Under the pieces are notes generated by a model. It searched no databases and was not told the origin of the DNA. It saw nothing but the letters and a program-made list of their open reading frames with translations. Below, piece by piece: positions 33,532-43,833 of a DNA stretch of 64,000 bases (positions are counted from its first letter, which is position 1; the number at the start of each line of letters is the position of its first letter). Position numbers and translations under genes: made by a program. The stretch is from Pirellulaceae bacterium (lineage in GTDB: Bacteria > Planctomycetota > Planctomycetia > Pirellulales > Pirellulaceae): assembly GCA_963697195.1 (NCBI GenBank), contig CAVOND010000009.1, positions 263,821 through 327,820 of the forward strand, read 5' to 3'.

Positions 33532-34509
33532 TCACTCGTAGATGGGAAAGAAGGTATTGAAAGCCGACTCACAGAAATCGCCTGGATCGTTGAATCGACG
33601 ATTGCGATTGAGAGCACTGATGGCCAGCATTTGATCGTCCGCCAACGCGAAGTCAAAGATCGCCAGGTTCTCCTTCAGCCGTTCGACGTTGGATGTTTTC
33701 GGCACGACCGCTGTGCCTCGCTGGACGCCCCAACGCAACAGCACCTGAGCCGGGGTGCGGCCATGCGAATCGGCGATCTGTTTCACCGTCGGATGTTCCA
33801 GCAGCGACTCGCTGGCGTCGGCCATGTTCAGTTGAAAATAGGACTGCGCCCCCAGCGGCGAAAAGGCGGTGACCCCGATTCCGGATTCATGACAGAAACG
33901 GGTCAGCTTTTCCTGGGTCAGGTAGGGATGCATTTCGACTTGCAACATGGCTGGCGGGATCTCCGCTTGACTCATCAGATCTCGTAGCAGTGAGGTGCCG
34001 AAATTGCAGACGCCGATCTCGCGAACCAGGCCATCGCGGACAAGCTGCTCCATCGCTCGCCAGGTTTCAATGATTGGGACCGGATCGGCCTCGACTTGCG
34101 GATTGGCGGCGTCGGGATCGAAAAACCAGCCTGGCGGATAACGCTTTTCGATCGGCACGTATTTGGACGAGATCGGAAAGTGGATCAAGTACAGATCGAG
34201 GTAGTCGACTCGCAAGTCGCTCAACGATTTTTCCAAGGCGGGTCGGACGTGCTCGGCGCGGTGATAGGTGTTCCAAAGTTTGGAGGTGATCCAAAGGTCT
34301 TCCCGGTTGACGTCTCCCGCCGCGATGGCGTCCGACAATCCTTGACCCGTTTGCAGCTCATTGCCGTAATCGGCGGCGCTGTCGAAGTGTCGATATCCGC
34401 TGTCGATAGCCGCACGAACGATTCGGGCGGTTTCCGCGGTGTCAATTTTCCAAAGACCAAGTCCAACCGAATCGACTTCTCGGCCACTGGACAATCGGAT
34501 GCTTTCCAT
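33532..34509 (-). CDS. Aldo/keto reductase, xylose-reductase-like
   Basis: GYRHFDSAADYGNE, ITSKLWN, DLYLIHFP, IGVCNF, QVEMHPYL, VPKT, RFNDP. Confidence 0.93.
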   Translation of the reverse strand: MESIRLSSGREVDSVGLGLWKIDTAETARIVRAAIDSGYRHFDSAADYGNELQTGQGLSDAIAAGDVNREDLWITSKLWNTYHRAEHVRPALEKSLSDLRVDYLDLYLIHFPISSKYVPIEKRYPPGWFFDPDAANPQVEADPVPIIETWRAMEQLVRDGLVREIGVCNFGTSLLRDLMSQAEIPPAMLQVEMHPYLTQEKLTRFCHESGIGVTAFSPLGAQSYFQLNMADASESLLEHPTVKQIADSHGRTPAQVLLRWGVQRGTAVVPKTSNVERLKENLAIFDFALADDQMLAISALNRNRRFNDPGDFCESAFNTFFPIYE

Positions 34510-34731
34510 ACGAACGATGTTTGATCACAGAGGGGTGCAGCTGAGTTTTGTTGAAGAGCGAATAATGTAGCCGATTTCTTGTCTCGAGTAGGTAGTCGGC
34601 TTGCGAGCGGCTGATGAATGGTCGAATCTAGCCACCCGAATTTGCCTGTTCGTGCTACGTTAGGCGAGTCTCTCCGAGACTCGCAAGAACAGCGAAGACG
34701 ACCCGCCTCTGACTTACGGAGCTCGATTTCC

Positions 34732-35869
34732 ATGAATGCAACGCCAGTGCGATTTGGTCTCGTCGGATTTGGTGCGTGGGGCCAGCATCATGCCAATGCT
34801 ATCCGCGTCACGGATGATGCCGAATTGGTTGCGGTGGCGGCGAGCAGCCAGGCATCGGCCGATCTGGCGAAGCACCACTACCCAGCAGCCGATGTCTATA
34901 CCGATTATCGAGCGCTTAGTCGCGCGCGACGATCTCGACATTGTCGACGTGGTCGTCCCAGCCATCTGCACCACGAAGTGGCCATGGCGGTTTTGAAGTC
35001 AGGCAAGCATCTGCTGCTGGAAAAGCCGATGGGGATTTCGCTGCCGCAGTGTGATGAGATGATCGACGGCCGCGCAGGAGCACGGCTGCTTGTTGGCGGT
35101 TGGCCACGAGCTTCGTCTGTCGTCGATGTGGGGAAAAGCCAAGTCGATGATCGACGACGGATTCATCGGCGATCCCCTGTATGCGCTCGTCGAGCTGTCA
35201 CGCAACCCGTATCGCCTCGGTGCTGACGGTTGGCGTTACGATATTTCTCGAGTTGGAAGCTGGGTGCTCGAAGAGCCGATTCACTTTTTCGATCTGGCAC
35301 GCTGGTATCTGGCGGCTTCGGGAAATCCCACGAAGATCTACGCGACGGCCAATTCTCGGCAACCAGACCATCCCGAGCTGCAGGACAACTTCAGTGCGAT
35401 CATGCACTTCGAACGTGGCGCCTACGCCGTTGTCTCGCAAACGCTCGCCGCTTTCGAGCATCATCAGACGATCAAGGTCACAGGAACCAAAGGAGCGCTC
35501 TGGGCTTCCTGGAGCGGAGCGATGGATCGGACACGCCATCCGACTTTTTCACTGCGAGCTTTCGATGGTCAAACGCTCAGTACGGTTCCGATCGAAAAGC
35601 CAACCGGAGAGTTGTTCGAACTAGAAGACCAGATTGCCCGCATGGTCGCAGCGATTCGACAAGGCGCACCGCTGCACTGCACCGGTCAAGACGGACGATG
35701 GTCGGTGGCCATGTGTTTAGCCGCCGAGGCGTCGATCCGATCCGGCCAACCCGTCAAGATCGAAGACGCTTACGCTAGCTGGTGGCCAACGGCAGCGGTC
35801 GCTCCTGGACCGGACCCTCCCAGGGGGCTCACTTCAGCCAGGCTCGTAGGGTTGCCAGGTCCTGCTTGA
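34732..35869 (+). CDS. Gfo/Idh/MocA-family oxidoreductase (split by indels; 3' end uncertain)
   Basis: GLVGFGAWG; HLLLEKPM; VGHELR; EPIHFFD. Confidence 0.88.
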
Positions 35870-36768
35870 TGGCGGCTAGATGCTGGGGGACTAGCTTCGG
35901 GTCTCTGTGATCGAGGTATTCTTCGTGCAAGCGAAATCGGTCCAGAGAATTCGCTTTGCCTTGAGCATTCGGAAAAACTTTTCGGCGACGCGTCCTTCGC
36001 CCAGCGGCACGTTGAGTGGTTGCGGCTGATCGCCCCATGCGAAGTCCTTGACATAGACCGTTTGCACCAAGGGGCGAATCATGTTGAAGGTCGCTGGCCA
36101 GCTCGAGCCTCCCTCGGCCGTCGCGTGGCGAATGTCATAGGCGACGCCGATGTCCTCGGGGGCGATCCCCTCCAATGCCAGCCGAAGATCCCACAAGGCC
36201 GCACCGCAGTAATCGGTACCCGCGTGATTCTGATACAGCCCTTGGATTCCGAAGTCGTGATTGATCGCTGCCAACTCACGTAGCTGTGGCTGCCATGATT
36301 GAATCTGATCGATCACGCTCTTGGCCAGATCGTATTTGAAGTACTTCATTCGATAACGCTCGATCCCGAGAGTCGCCGCGGTTCGCAGCACACGCCCGGT
36401 CAACGGATCGTCTGGGATCGTTGATGTCGGTGGTCATCACGGTGATTTCAAGCCCACGTTGCTTCAAAGCTTCGTGCAGGGCCGGAAGTCGATCTTCCAC
36501 CTGTTCCGGTTCGACGTGCCCACCGGCTCGGATCGGCGCTTCGATCCCGTCAAAGCCAAGTTCCGCAATCCGATCGGCCAACTCGTCAAACGAGAGCGAA
36601 TTGAACGGCTTGGTGAAGACACAGATCTTCGTCGAGTGATCCGCGTCCTCCGTTCTCCGCTGCGGTTGCAGCCGAGTCGCCGGGGCAAAGGCGGCAGCCG
36701 CCATCGAACTTGAGACGGTGGCGAGAAACTGACGACGATCATGTAACGGATTGCAGACGATCGGTCAT
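35829..36768 (-). CDS. Tat-exported sugar phosphate isomerase/epimerase (split by indels)
   Basis: RRQFL signal; GFDGIE; YQNH; YDIRH; VKDF; PLGEG; LHEEY. Confidence 0.8.
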
Positions 36769-39700
36769 TTACTGGTTCCCAAAGAAAGGTAAGCGAATAA
36801 GTCTCGAAGTTCCTGGTCTTTCAGATCGCGCAGCACATCGGTGGGCATCAGCGACGTCGGCAAGCGCACGTAGCGAATCGATGTCATCACGACTGATGAC
36901 CGTCAATTGGTTCTCGGCATTTCGCAGGGTGACCGTTGCGTCGTCTTGCGCGGCGATCATTCCGTTGAGCGAACGGCCGTCGAGCGTCAGGATCAAATAG
37001 GATTGGAATCCCTCGCGGATCTCCAGGTTGGGATCGACGATCGCATTGAGCCAAAAACTGAGATTTCCGCGCTCGTATCCATCGAGCGGTGGTCCCACCT
37101 TTTGAGTCCTTCGCCAAATAGCTGGTGGCAGGTGCCGCATTTCTTGGTGAAGTGTTCCCGTCCGCGATCGGCATCTCCCTGGCCACTGGTCAGCAGTTGG
37201 CGCAGCCGATTCAGCTCCGCAAGCTTTTCAGGCGCCGAGTCGATCGTCTTGCCGAGACGCCTGCTCGACGGCGGCGACGATCTCAGGGTCCTCGTACGTG
37301 CGCAGTTGTTGAACCACGTCGGGTGGGATCTGGTCGGGTCGAACTCGCCAGGCATTGAGTTCTTCCAGCAGCACCTTCGCCCATTCGGGCCGACTCGCCA
37401 ACGTACGGCTGGCTGTGGAACGAAGCCCATGCTCGCCCGAGATGCTACTTCCGAAAGCGGCGACCAAGGTGGTGGGGATCGATGCATTGTCATACTGACT
37501 GAGCGACTGCATCGCCACGCGTTGAAGTGCCGGCTCATCGGTCGCCCGACCGATTGCCAGATTCGTGAGTGTCGGCGACTGTCTGCGGTACGTTGACCTC
37601 GCCGAGAACTTTGGCGATCTCGATTTGCAGTCCGAGTTCGCTGGAGCGATTGGTCAGCAATTGAATCGCTTGCTGGATTGCCTCTGGTTTCGATTGTCGC
37701 AGTCCGAGGATGATTCCCGAGTCCCCTAGACTCGACTGGTACTCGTCGAGCGCCGCAGCGAGCGACGCTGGCAACGGAGGAAGGGATCGTCCCTGAAACG
37801 CCCGGTTCATACCGATCATCAGTTGGCGTCGGGCCTCCTCATTCGGTGCCGATTCCAACAGCCAGGCACAGTGTTCCAGTTCCTCGGGAGTGGCAGACGA
37901 CGCGTATCGCTGCATCAGCCGGCTGTTGATGTGGGTCCTGAACAGATGGCGGTATTCCAGAGGTCGGCGTCCGAAAGCATGTTCTCGACTTCGTCCCACT
38001 GATCGCAGTGCTTCTCCAACGCCCACCAGATCAGCAGCGGCAGCTGCGGGTCGTCGACATCCTCGTCATGATGCAAGAGCGACTGGATGATGGGCATCGC
38101 GTCGGATCGCGCCGAGACGTTTCGCGGTGGAAGCGAGTTGGCTGCGCACCTGGACGTTCGGCTCGGATGCCGCGAGCGCCGCCAGGCCCGGTCGACTCTC
38201 GTGTCGATCTCCCAGAAGTCGCACGACCCAGCGGCGGATGTCCGGATCGGGATGTCCGAGCCATCGGTCGGCTCGCGACTCGTTCAACTGCGTCCATCAA
38301 GTGGATGGCCCAAAGTGATTCCAGTGAACCGCGGTCGACTTCCTTTGTCCAGCAATTCGACGACGGTCGGATCACGTCGCCAGCCGAGTTCCAGAGTCGC
38401 GCGCTGACGGACCCATTTGTTGGGGTGCTGGAATTGATTGACCAGTTCCTCACTGCTCAGCTTGTGTAGATCGCCCTGTGCGTACTTTGGTGAGGAACCG
38501 GAGGGAACGATTCGGTAGATGCGACCGCTCTCTTTGTGCCAGTCGTCGACCGGACTGACGTGGCTCAAACGCGTGTCGTACCAATCGGCGAGGTAGGTCG
38601 CGCCATCGGGTCCAACGCCGCAGTACACAGGCCGAAACCAGCGGTCCGGACTTTCGACCAGGTTCGGCTCGTCCACCGTGCGGTAGGTCGAACCATCGTT
38701 GATTCGACGGCTATGCCAAACGAGGTTATGCAACGCGTTGGGAGCGATGATCGATCCATCAAACTCCGTCCGGGAACAGTCCGCCTTCGTAGATGCAGAA
38801 GGCCTGAGGAAAACGTCGACCGTCCCCTTCGAACTTCATCGGGGGAAAGAAACCGAACGCATAGGGATTGGTGAGCGGTCCATGTTTTCCCCAGTTCTTT
38901 TCCGAGTAGCTTCCCTGCGGATAGTACCAACCTCGCGTGTTGCCACCGTTGGTTCCGCTGAAGACGCGTCCTTTGGAATCGATGTCCAGGCTAAACGTGT
39001 TGCCTCCTCCCTCCGCATAGATTTCGAACTCCTTCGATCGCGGGTGGTATCGCCAGATGCACTGTCCCTGAAAGCGCACTCCCTTGGTAACGGCGGAGCT
39101 GACATCGCCCACGGTCGTGCTTCCGTTGGCGCCGTAGAGCCATCCATCGGGTCCCCACAACAGGCTGTTGGCGACCGAGTGGGTGTCCTGCAAGCCAAAG
39201 CCCGACAGATGCACTTCAGGATCGCCGTCGGGCACGTCGTCACCATCGGCGTCGGCGTATCGCAGCAGGTAGGGCGGGTTCAATACCCAAATCGATCCGT
39301 CGCCAACTTGAACGGATGTCGCAATGTTCAATCCCGTGATGACCTCTTTGTGTGAATCATAGAGGCCGTCTCCATCGGTGTCCTCGTGCACCGTGATCTT
39401 GTCCGCACCTCGTACACCGTTTGGTGGAGGATCGGGGACCTTGTCAAAAACAGCACGCAGGTGCTGGTCGTAGCGAATCACTTTCAGGCCGGCGGGATAC
39501 TGATACTGTCGGTACTGCACGACCCACATTCGGCCTCGAGAGTCCCATGACAGAAACAGTGGCTGTGTGACGGTTGGTTCAGCAGCCACGAGTTCCATCT
39601 TCGAATCCATCCTGCATGCGGAACTGGTTGACCGCCTCTTCCGCAGCTGTGGGAAGTGAGTCATCTGCCATCACACCGCGTCCCCCGAACGTTCGCATGA

Positions 39701-39848
39701 TCTCGGCGACCTTTTCGTTACCGGCACGCGAGAGGTCAGGCGGAGTTTGGGCAACGAGAGGGATGGTCAGCAAGACCGTGAGGGCAAATGCGAAACAGCG
39801 GAGCAAACACTCGCGCTGATTGCGGACGAACAGGCGCAATTGGATCAT
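36765..39848 (-). CDS. PVC-type heme-binding protein (beta-propeller dehydrogenase-like, HEAT repeats, cytochrome c; split by indels)
   Basis: WDSRGRMWV; DTDGDG; WGPDGWLY; RWFRPV; GRIYR; CGTCH; IVDPN. Confidence 0.82.
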
Positions 39849-40048
39849 CTCAATAAGGCCAGGAGGACGGGCGGGGAAAGCCACAGTTTACCCCATTCGA
39901 AGGGACCGAGGTTTTCACGTCGGTCGATCGTATCCAAGCAGCATTCGCAAGCGAGTGAGTCGGTCCCTTCCAGGCAAGAAACACACTCGCTTGCGCGTCG
40001 TGCTTGTAGGAAGGCGCTAGCTGTCAGAGTGGAGCTGATGCGAGCTGA

Positions 40049-40511
40049 CTAACCGTTGCCCAGAGCATTCGTTGGGGGATGTTGCGCCGTCGGGATCTCC
40101 CATGCTAACTTGGGATTTCCGTGCAGATGGCCGTCGGGCACATGTTGGAGGATCAAGTCGACCAGCTTTCGGGGGCTGAAGGGCTTGTGCATGATGGCAA
40201 CGAGGTTGTAGCGAGACAAAAGTCCCTGTCGATCGAGCTCCAAGCCCTTGGCGGTGCACAGAATGGTGGGCGGCGGCGGTAGCTGTTGGTTACCCGCTAA
40301 TCGCTCGAGAAGTTCAAGTACCGGAACAGATCGGCATCTGATGGTCGGTGATCAGGAAGTCGATGCCGCCTTGGCAGAGTCGCTCGTAGGCAGACAAACC
40401 GTCGCCGACCGACTCAACGGTCAACCCGGTCCTGGCAATCGAAAAGCTCATCACGCGACGGAAAACGGGGTCGTCTTCGGCGATCAGTACGGTGGTCGGT
40501 CGGTGTGTCAT
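40049..40511 (-). CDS. Single-domain response regulator (one indel)
   Basis: VLIAEDD; ITDHQMP; CTAK; KPFS. Confidence 0.85.
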
Positions 40512-40603
40512 GTAACAGGCATGCCAAATGGTTTGGAGTTTGCGCATCGAGCGGGACTCGATGCGACGGAGTTGGCTTTGGGAGCCAGACGGAGACGATG
40601 CCG

Positions 40604-41029
40604 TTACCAGTCGGCGCCAACTTCGTTTGCTTGGACGTTCAGCTTCAGCGAACCGTTTGCTGGTTTGTAGGCCCAGCCGCCGGTCTGTTTGGAATCGGGC
40701 ACGACCGGTGTGTCGACATTCCGATCGTAGTCGTAGAACACTCCGGAATCGCCTCGCACCGACCCAATCATTGGCGCGGGAAACGGCCCGCTGAGCATCG
40801 TCGCCATCGCGGTGGGCAATTGATTGGTCGGGGGATAGATGCCCGTTCGTGCCTGGTACAGCTCGATCGCATTGCGTAGGACGGCTAGTTGCTGACGCAT
40901 TGTTTCCTGTTGGGCTCGATGCTGCGGGTCCAACAAACGCGGCGCCGCGACCACGGCGATGATTCCGAGGATCATGATCACGATGACCATCTCAACGAGA
41001 GCGAAACCGGTTCGCAGTTGGCGATTCAT
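40604..41029 (-). CDS. Type II secretion/pilin-like protein with prepilin cleavage motif
   Basis: RTGFALVEMVIVIMILGIIAVVAAP...LRNAIELY. Confidence 0.88.
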   Translation of the reverse strand: MNRQLRTGFALVEMVIVIMILGIIAVVAAPRLLDPQHRAQQETMRQQLAVLRNAIELYQARTGIYPPTNQLPTAMATMLSGPFPAPMIGSVRGDSGVFYDYDRNVDTPVVPDSKQTGGWAYKPANGSLKLNVQANEVGADW

Positions 41030-41772
41030 CTTTTCAAGGCCTTCGATCCGCTCCATTGGTGATTTTGCCCTTAACACTACGCCGCATCGCCTGCAGGACA
41101 CGAAAACGGGCCTTTCTTCCATGTGCTTTTTACCTGGCTCCTTCGGCACGGTCGTCGTCGCAACCGACAGATTCGGCATACGTCCCTGGCCACCGCGAGC
41201 GTTCGACGTCGTTGATCCAACAAGTCACGCGTCGACTTTTCGCCACAACACGCGTTGACTCGGGACCACCATTCGGGGCATGCCAGGGCTCCGGAGTCAA
41301 TTGTGCGACGCACCGTCTGGCCGCCGGCGGCCATCGACTTCAGACCGACGGACCCCCTCGGTTCCGCCGATTTCTCCCGGTTTTGGCCATGGGCCGAGAC
41401 TGATTCGAGGGGGCTGACTAGCGGGGAACCTGCTGAACGGGTTTCGGGTTCGCGATGGATTTGGATTGCCGTTTGCATTGGCAAGACCTGCCCATGTCGG
41501 GCACTCCGCTTGGTTTCGCCCGATTTCTTACCGCCTGATTTCTTACCACCCAAGCTCAACCATTCGACCGCCACCAACCTGGGAATCAATGTGTTCATGG
41601 CTCCATCGCGAAAGACATCCTCTGTGCAAGCTGCTTCCCTCGACGATCGATCGCGACACCGGCTGCGTCCTTGGCTGACGGTTTTGTTCGCAATTACCTT
41701 GGCTTGGATCGCAACCATCTGTTAAGCGGCGACGTTTGGCTGTGTTGATTCCGCTCAGGCCCACAGTCTTGG

Positions 41773-41801
41773 TTGACACCCAAACGCCATGCCGATAAGG
41801 T
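41773..41801 (+). promoter_or_regulatory. Candidate sigma70 promoter for the nusA operon
   Basis: TTGACA-17 nt-TAAGGT. Confidence 0.55.
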
Positions 41802-41824
41802 CATAGTGATGTTGCTCCGACGAA

Positions 41825-41858
41825 TGCCCGGGCCCCCCAAGGTTCGGGCAGTTTTTTT
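41825..41858 (+). terminator. Terminator-like hairpin in the nusA leader
   Basis: TGCCCGGGCC-CCCCAA-GGTTCGGGCA followed by GTTTTTTT. Confidence 0.65.
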
Positions 41859-41899
41859 GTCCATTTTTGGGCGATCGGACCCCCTACGATACAGCGACT

Positions 41900-43444
41900 A
41901 TGAATCCCCAAGACATCCTTCGTTACGTTGATTCGCTTCACCGCGAGAAGAATATTGACAAGGAATTGGTATTCGTCGCTATCGAGTCGGCCTTTCAAAC
42001 TGCGGCCAAGCGTCAATTTGGTGAAGAGGCAGACGTCAAGGTCCAGCTCGACCGTGAGAACGGAAAGATCATTGCGGAGCTCGACGGCGAGCCACTAGCC
42101 GACTTGATCGGACGCATTGGGGCTCAGACGGCCAAACAGGTCATCATTCAAAAGGTCAAGGAAGCCGAACGTGACTCGTTGATGGCGGAGTATCGCGAGC
42201 AGGTCGGCGAGATTGTCAGTGGGATCATCGGTCGAGCGGATGGTGGCGTCGCGACCGTCAACCTGGGCAACGTCGAAGCCATTTTGCCACGAAGTGAACA
42301 AATCCCCGGCGAAACGCTGCATGCCGGCGAGCGGGTCCGAGCAGTGGTGTTTGAAGTTCGAGCGACCGGGAACCGCGTCCGCGTTGTGCTCAGTCGAACC
42401 CGACCGCAATTCGTACAGCGGCTGTTTGAGCAAGAGATTCCGGAGCTGGGCGAGGAGATCATTTCGATCAAGTCAATCAGCCGCGAACCGGGCTACCGCA
42501 GCAAGGTTGCCGTCAGCAGCGTTGATTCGCAAGTCGATCCCATTGCCGTTTGTGTCGGCTACCGGGGAAGCCGGATCAAAGCCGTTCGCGAAGAGCTGGC
42601 TGGCGAGCACATCGACGTGGTTCGCTACAGCGAGGATCCGGAGGTACTGATTCCCAATGCCCTCCAGCCGGCCGTCGTTGAGCAAGTGCTGCTTTGCGAT
42701 ATGATCGGCCGAGCCATCGTGTTGGTTCAGGAGGATCAGCTTTCGCTTGCCATTGGTCGGCGCGGTCAAAACGTTCGACTGGCGAGCAAGCTCTGCGGTT
42801 GGGATATCGAAATCATGACCGGCAAGGAGCTCGAGGAGCAAATCGAGCGCGCCGTCACCGGATTCAGTCAGATCGAGGGAATTAGCGAGGAAGTCGCTCA
42901 GGCGTTGGTCGAGCAAGGCTATCTCTCCTATGACGATCTGTCGGTGATCGAGCCGGATGTCTTCGTAGAAATGAGTGGTCTGTCGGAGGAGCAGGTCGAT
43001 CGCATCGTCGAGATGGCCGAATCGATGGCCGAGGAGGCTGAGCAGGCGGCCGCCGAGGAGCGACGGGCTCGGAAAGAACGAGAGCAGATTCAACGCGAGG
43101 CGGAAGAAGCGGGCATTGCCGAACCCCAAGCGGAAGCCGAGACTCAAGCGGAAGCCGAGCCGCAAGCGGAAGCCGAGACTCCAAGTCGGAAGCCGAACCC
43201 TCGGGTGACGGATCGGCAGAAGAAGACGCGGTCGTGGCTGAATCCGAAAGCTCGGCCGAAGAGACGGTCACAGCCGATTCAGCCCCACAGAATGAAGATG
43301 TCGTGGCCGAGGGAGGCTCGGAGGAGTCCGAAGCCGAATCGGCGGCATCGGAGAAGAGCTAATTCGATTTGCGGCGGCAATTCATTGGAGTGCCGCCGCC
43401 CAAGCTGGCCGGCGATTGCTCGTGGCTGGCAGGCCCCCGACTGA
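41900..43444 (+). CDS. nusA: Transcription termination factor NusA (acidic tail; 3' end affected by indel)
   Basis: GRIGAQTAKQVI; S1 and KH domains (REPGYRSK, LAIGRRGQNVRLA). Confidence 0.96.
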   Translation: MNPQDILRYVDSLHREKNIDKELVFVAIESAFQTAAKRQFGEEADVKVQLDRENGKIIAELDGEPLADLIGRIGAQTAKQVIIQKVKEAERDSLMAEYREQVGEIVSGIIGRADGGVATVNLGNVEAILPRSEQIPGETLHAGERVRAVVFEVRATGNRVRVVLSRTRPQFVQRLFEQEIPELGEEIISIKSISREPGYRSKVAVSSVDSQVDPIAVCVGYRGSRIKAVREELAGEHIDVVRYSEDPEVLIPNALQPAVVEQVLLCDMIGRAIVLVQEDQLSLAIGRRGQNVRLASKLCGWDIEIMTGKELEEQIERAVTGFSQIEGISEEVAQALVEQGYLSYDDLSVIEPDVFVEMSGLSEEQVDRIVEMAESMAEEAEQAAAEERRARKEREQIQREAEEAGIAEPQAEAETQAEAEPQAEAETPSRKPNPRVTDRQKKTRSWLNPKARPKRRSQPIQPHRMKMSWPREARRSPKPNRRHRRRANSICGGNSLECRRPSWPAIARGWQAPD

Positions 43445-43833
43445 GGTTCGATAGGGAGCGTCGAACCCGCTTCCGGCCCGATTACCGAAGGCTCCCCCTT
43501 GCCCAAATCGGCGATTGGCTGTCAGCTAGAGGGTGCAAAACCGGGGAAAATGAAAGCGCGAAACCTCGCGAAAGTTTTCCATCAGACCTCTTCGATGGCG
43601 AGCATTTTCGCTATCGTATGGGAAGCCAGGACCAGAGTTGACTCTGGCAGTCGTTGATCTGATCCCCGACGTGGGAAGCCATTGAGGCTCTCTGCGGCGA
43701 TGGAGGAACCTTTTTATGTGACCGAAACACGCCTTTGAACCCGCCCGCGAATCGGGCATTTCCCCGTACGAAGCTCAACGAATCACATCATTCGCTCGGC
43801 GGGTTCCAAATTGAATTGACAGGATTTTCGCCC

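Noticed and set aside
41077-41725. ORFs on both strands upstream of the pilin-like gene; possible riboswitch or sigma54 promoter
   Set aside because: No recognisable protein motif; no c-di-GMP riboswitch consensus found by eye; the GG/GC spacing is 9 rather than 10 nt.
43118-43200. 18-bp tandem repeat in the nusA 3' region
   Set aside because: It encodes a low-complexity acidic tail (EPQAEA/ETQAEA), an ordinary disordered extension.
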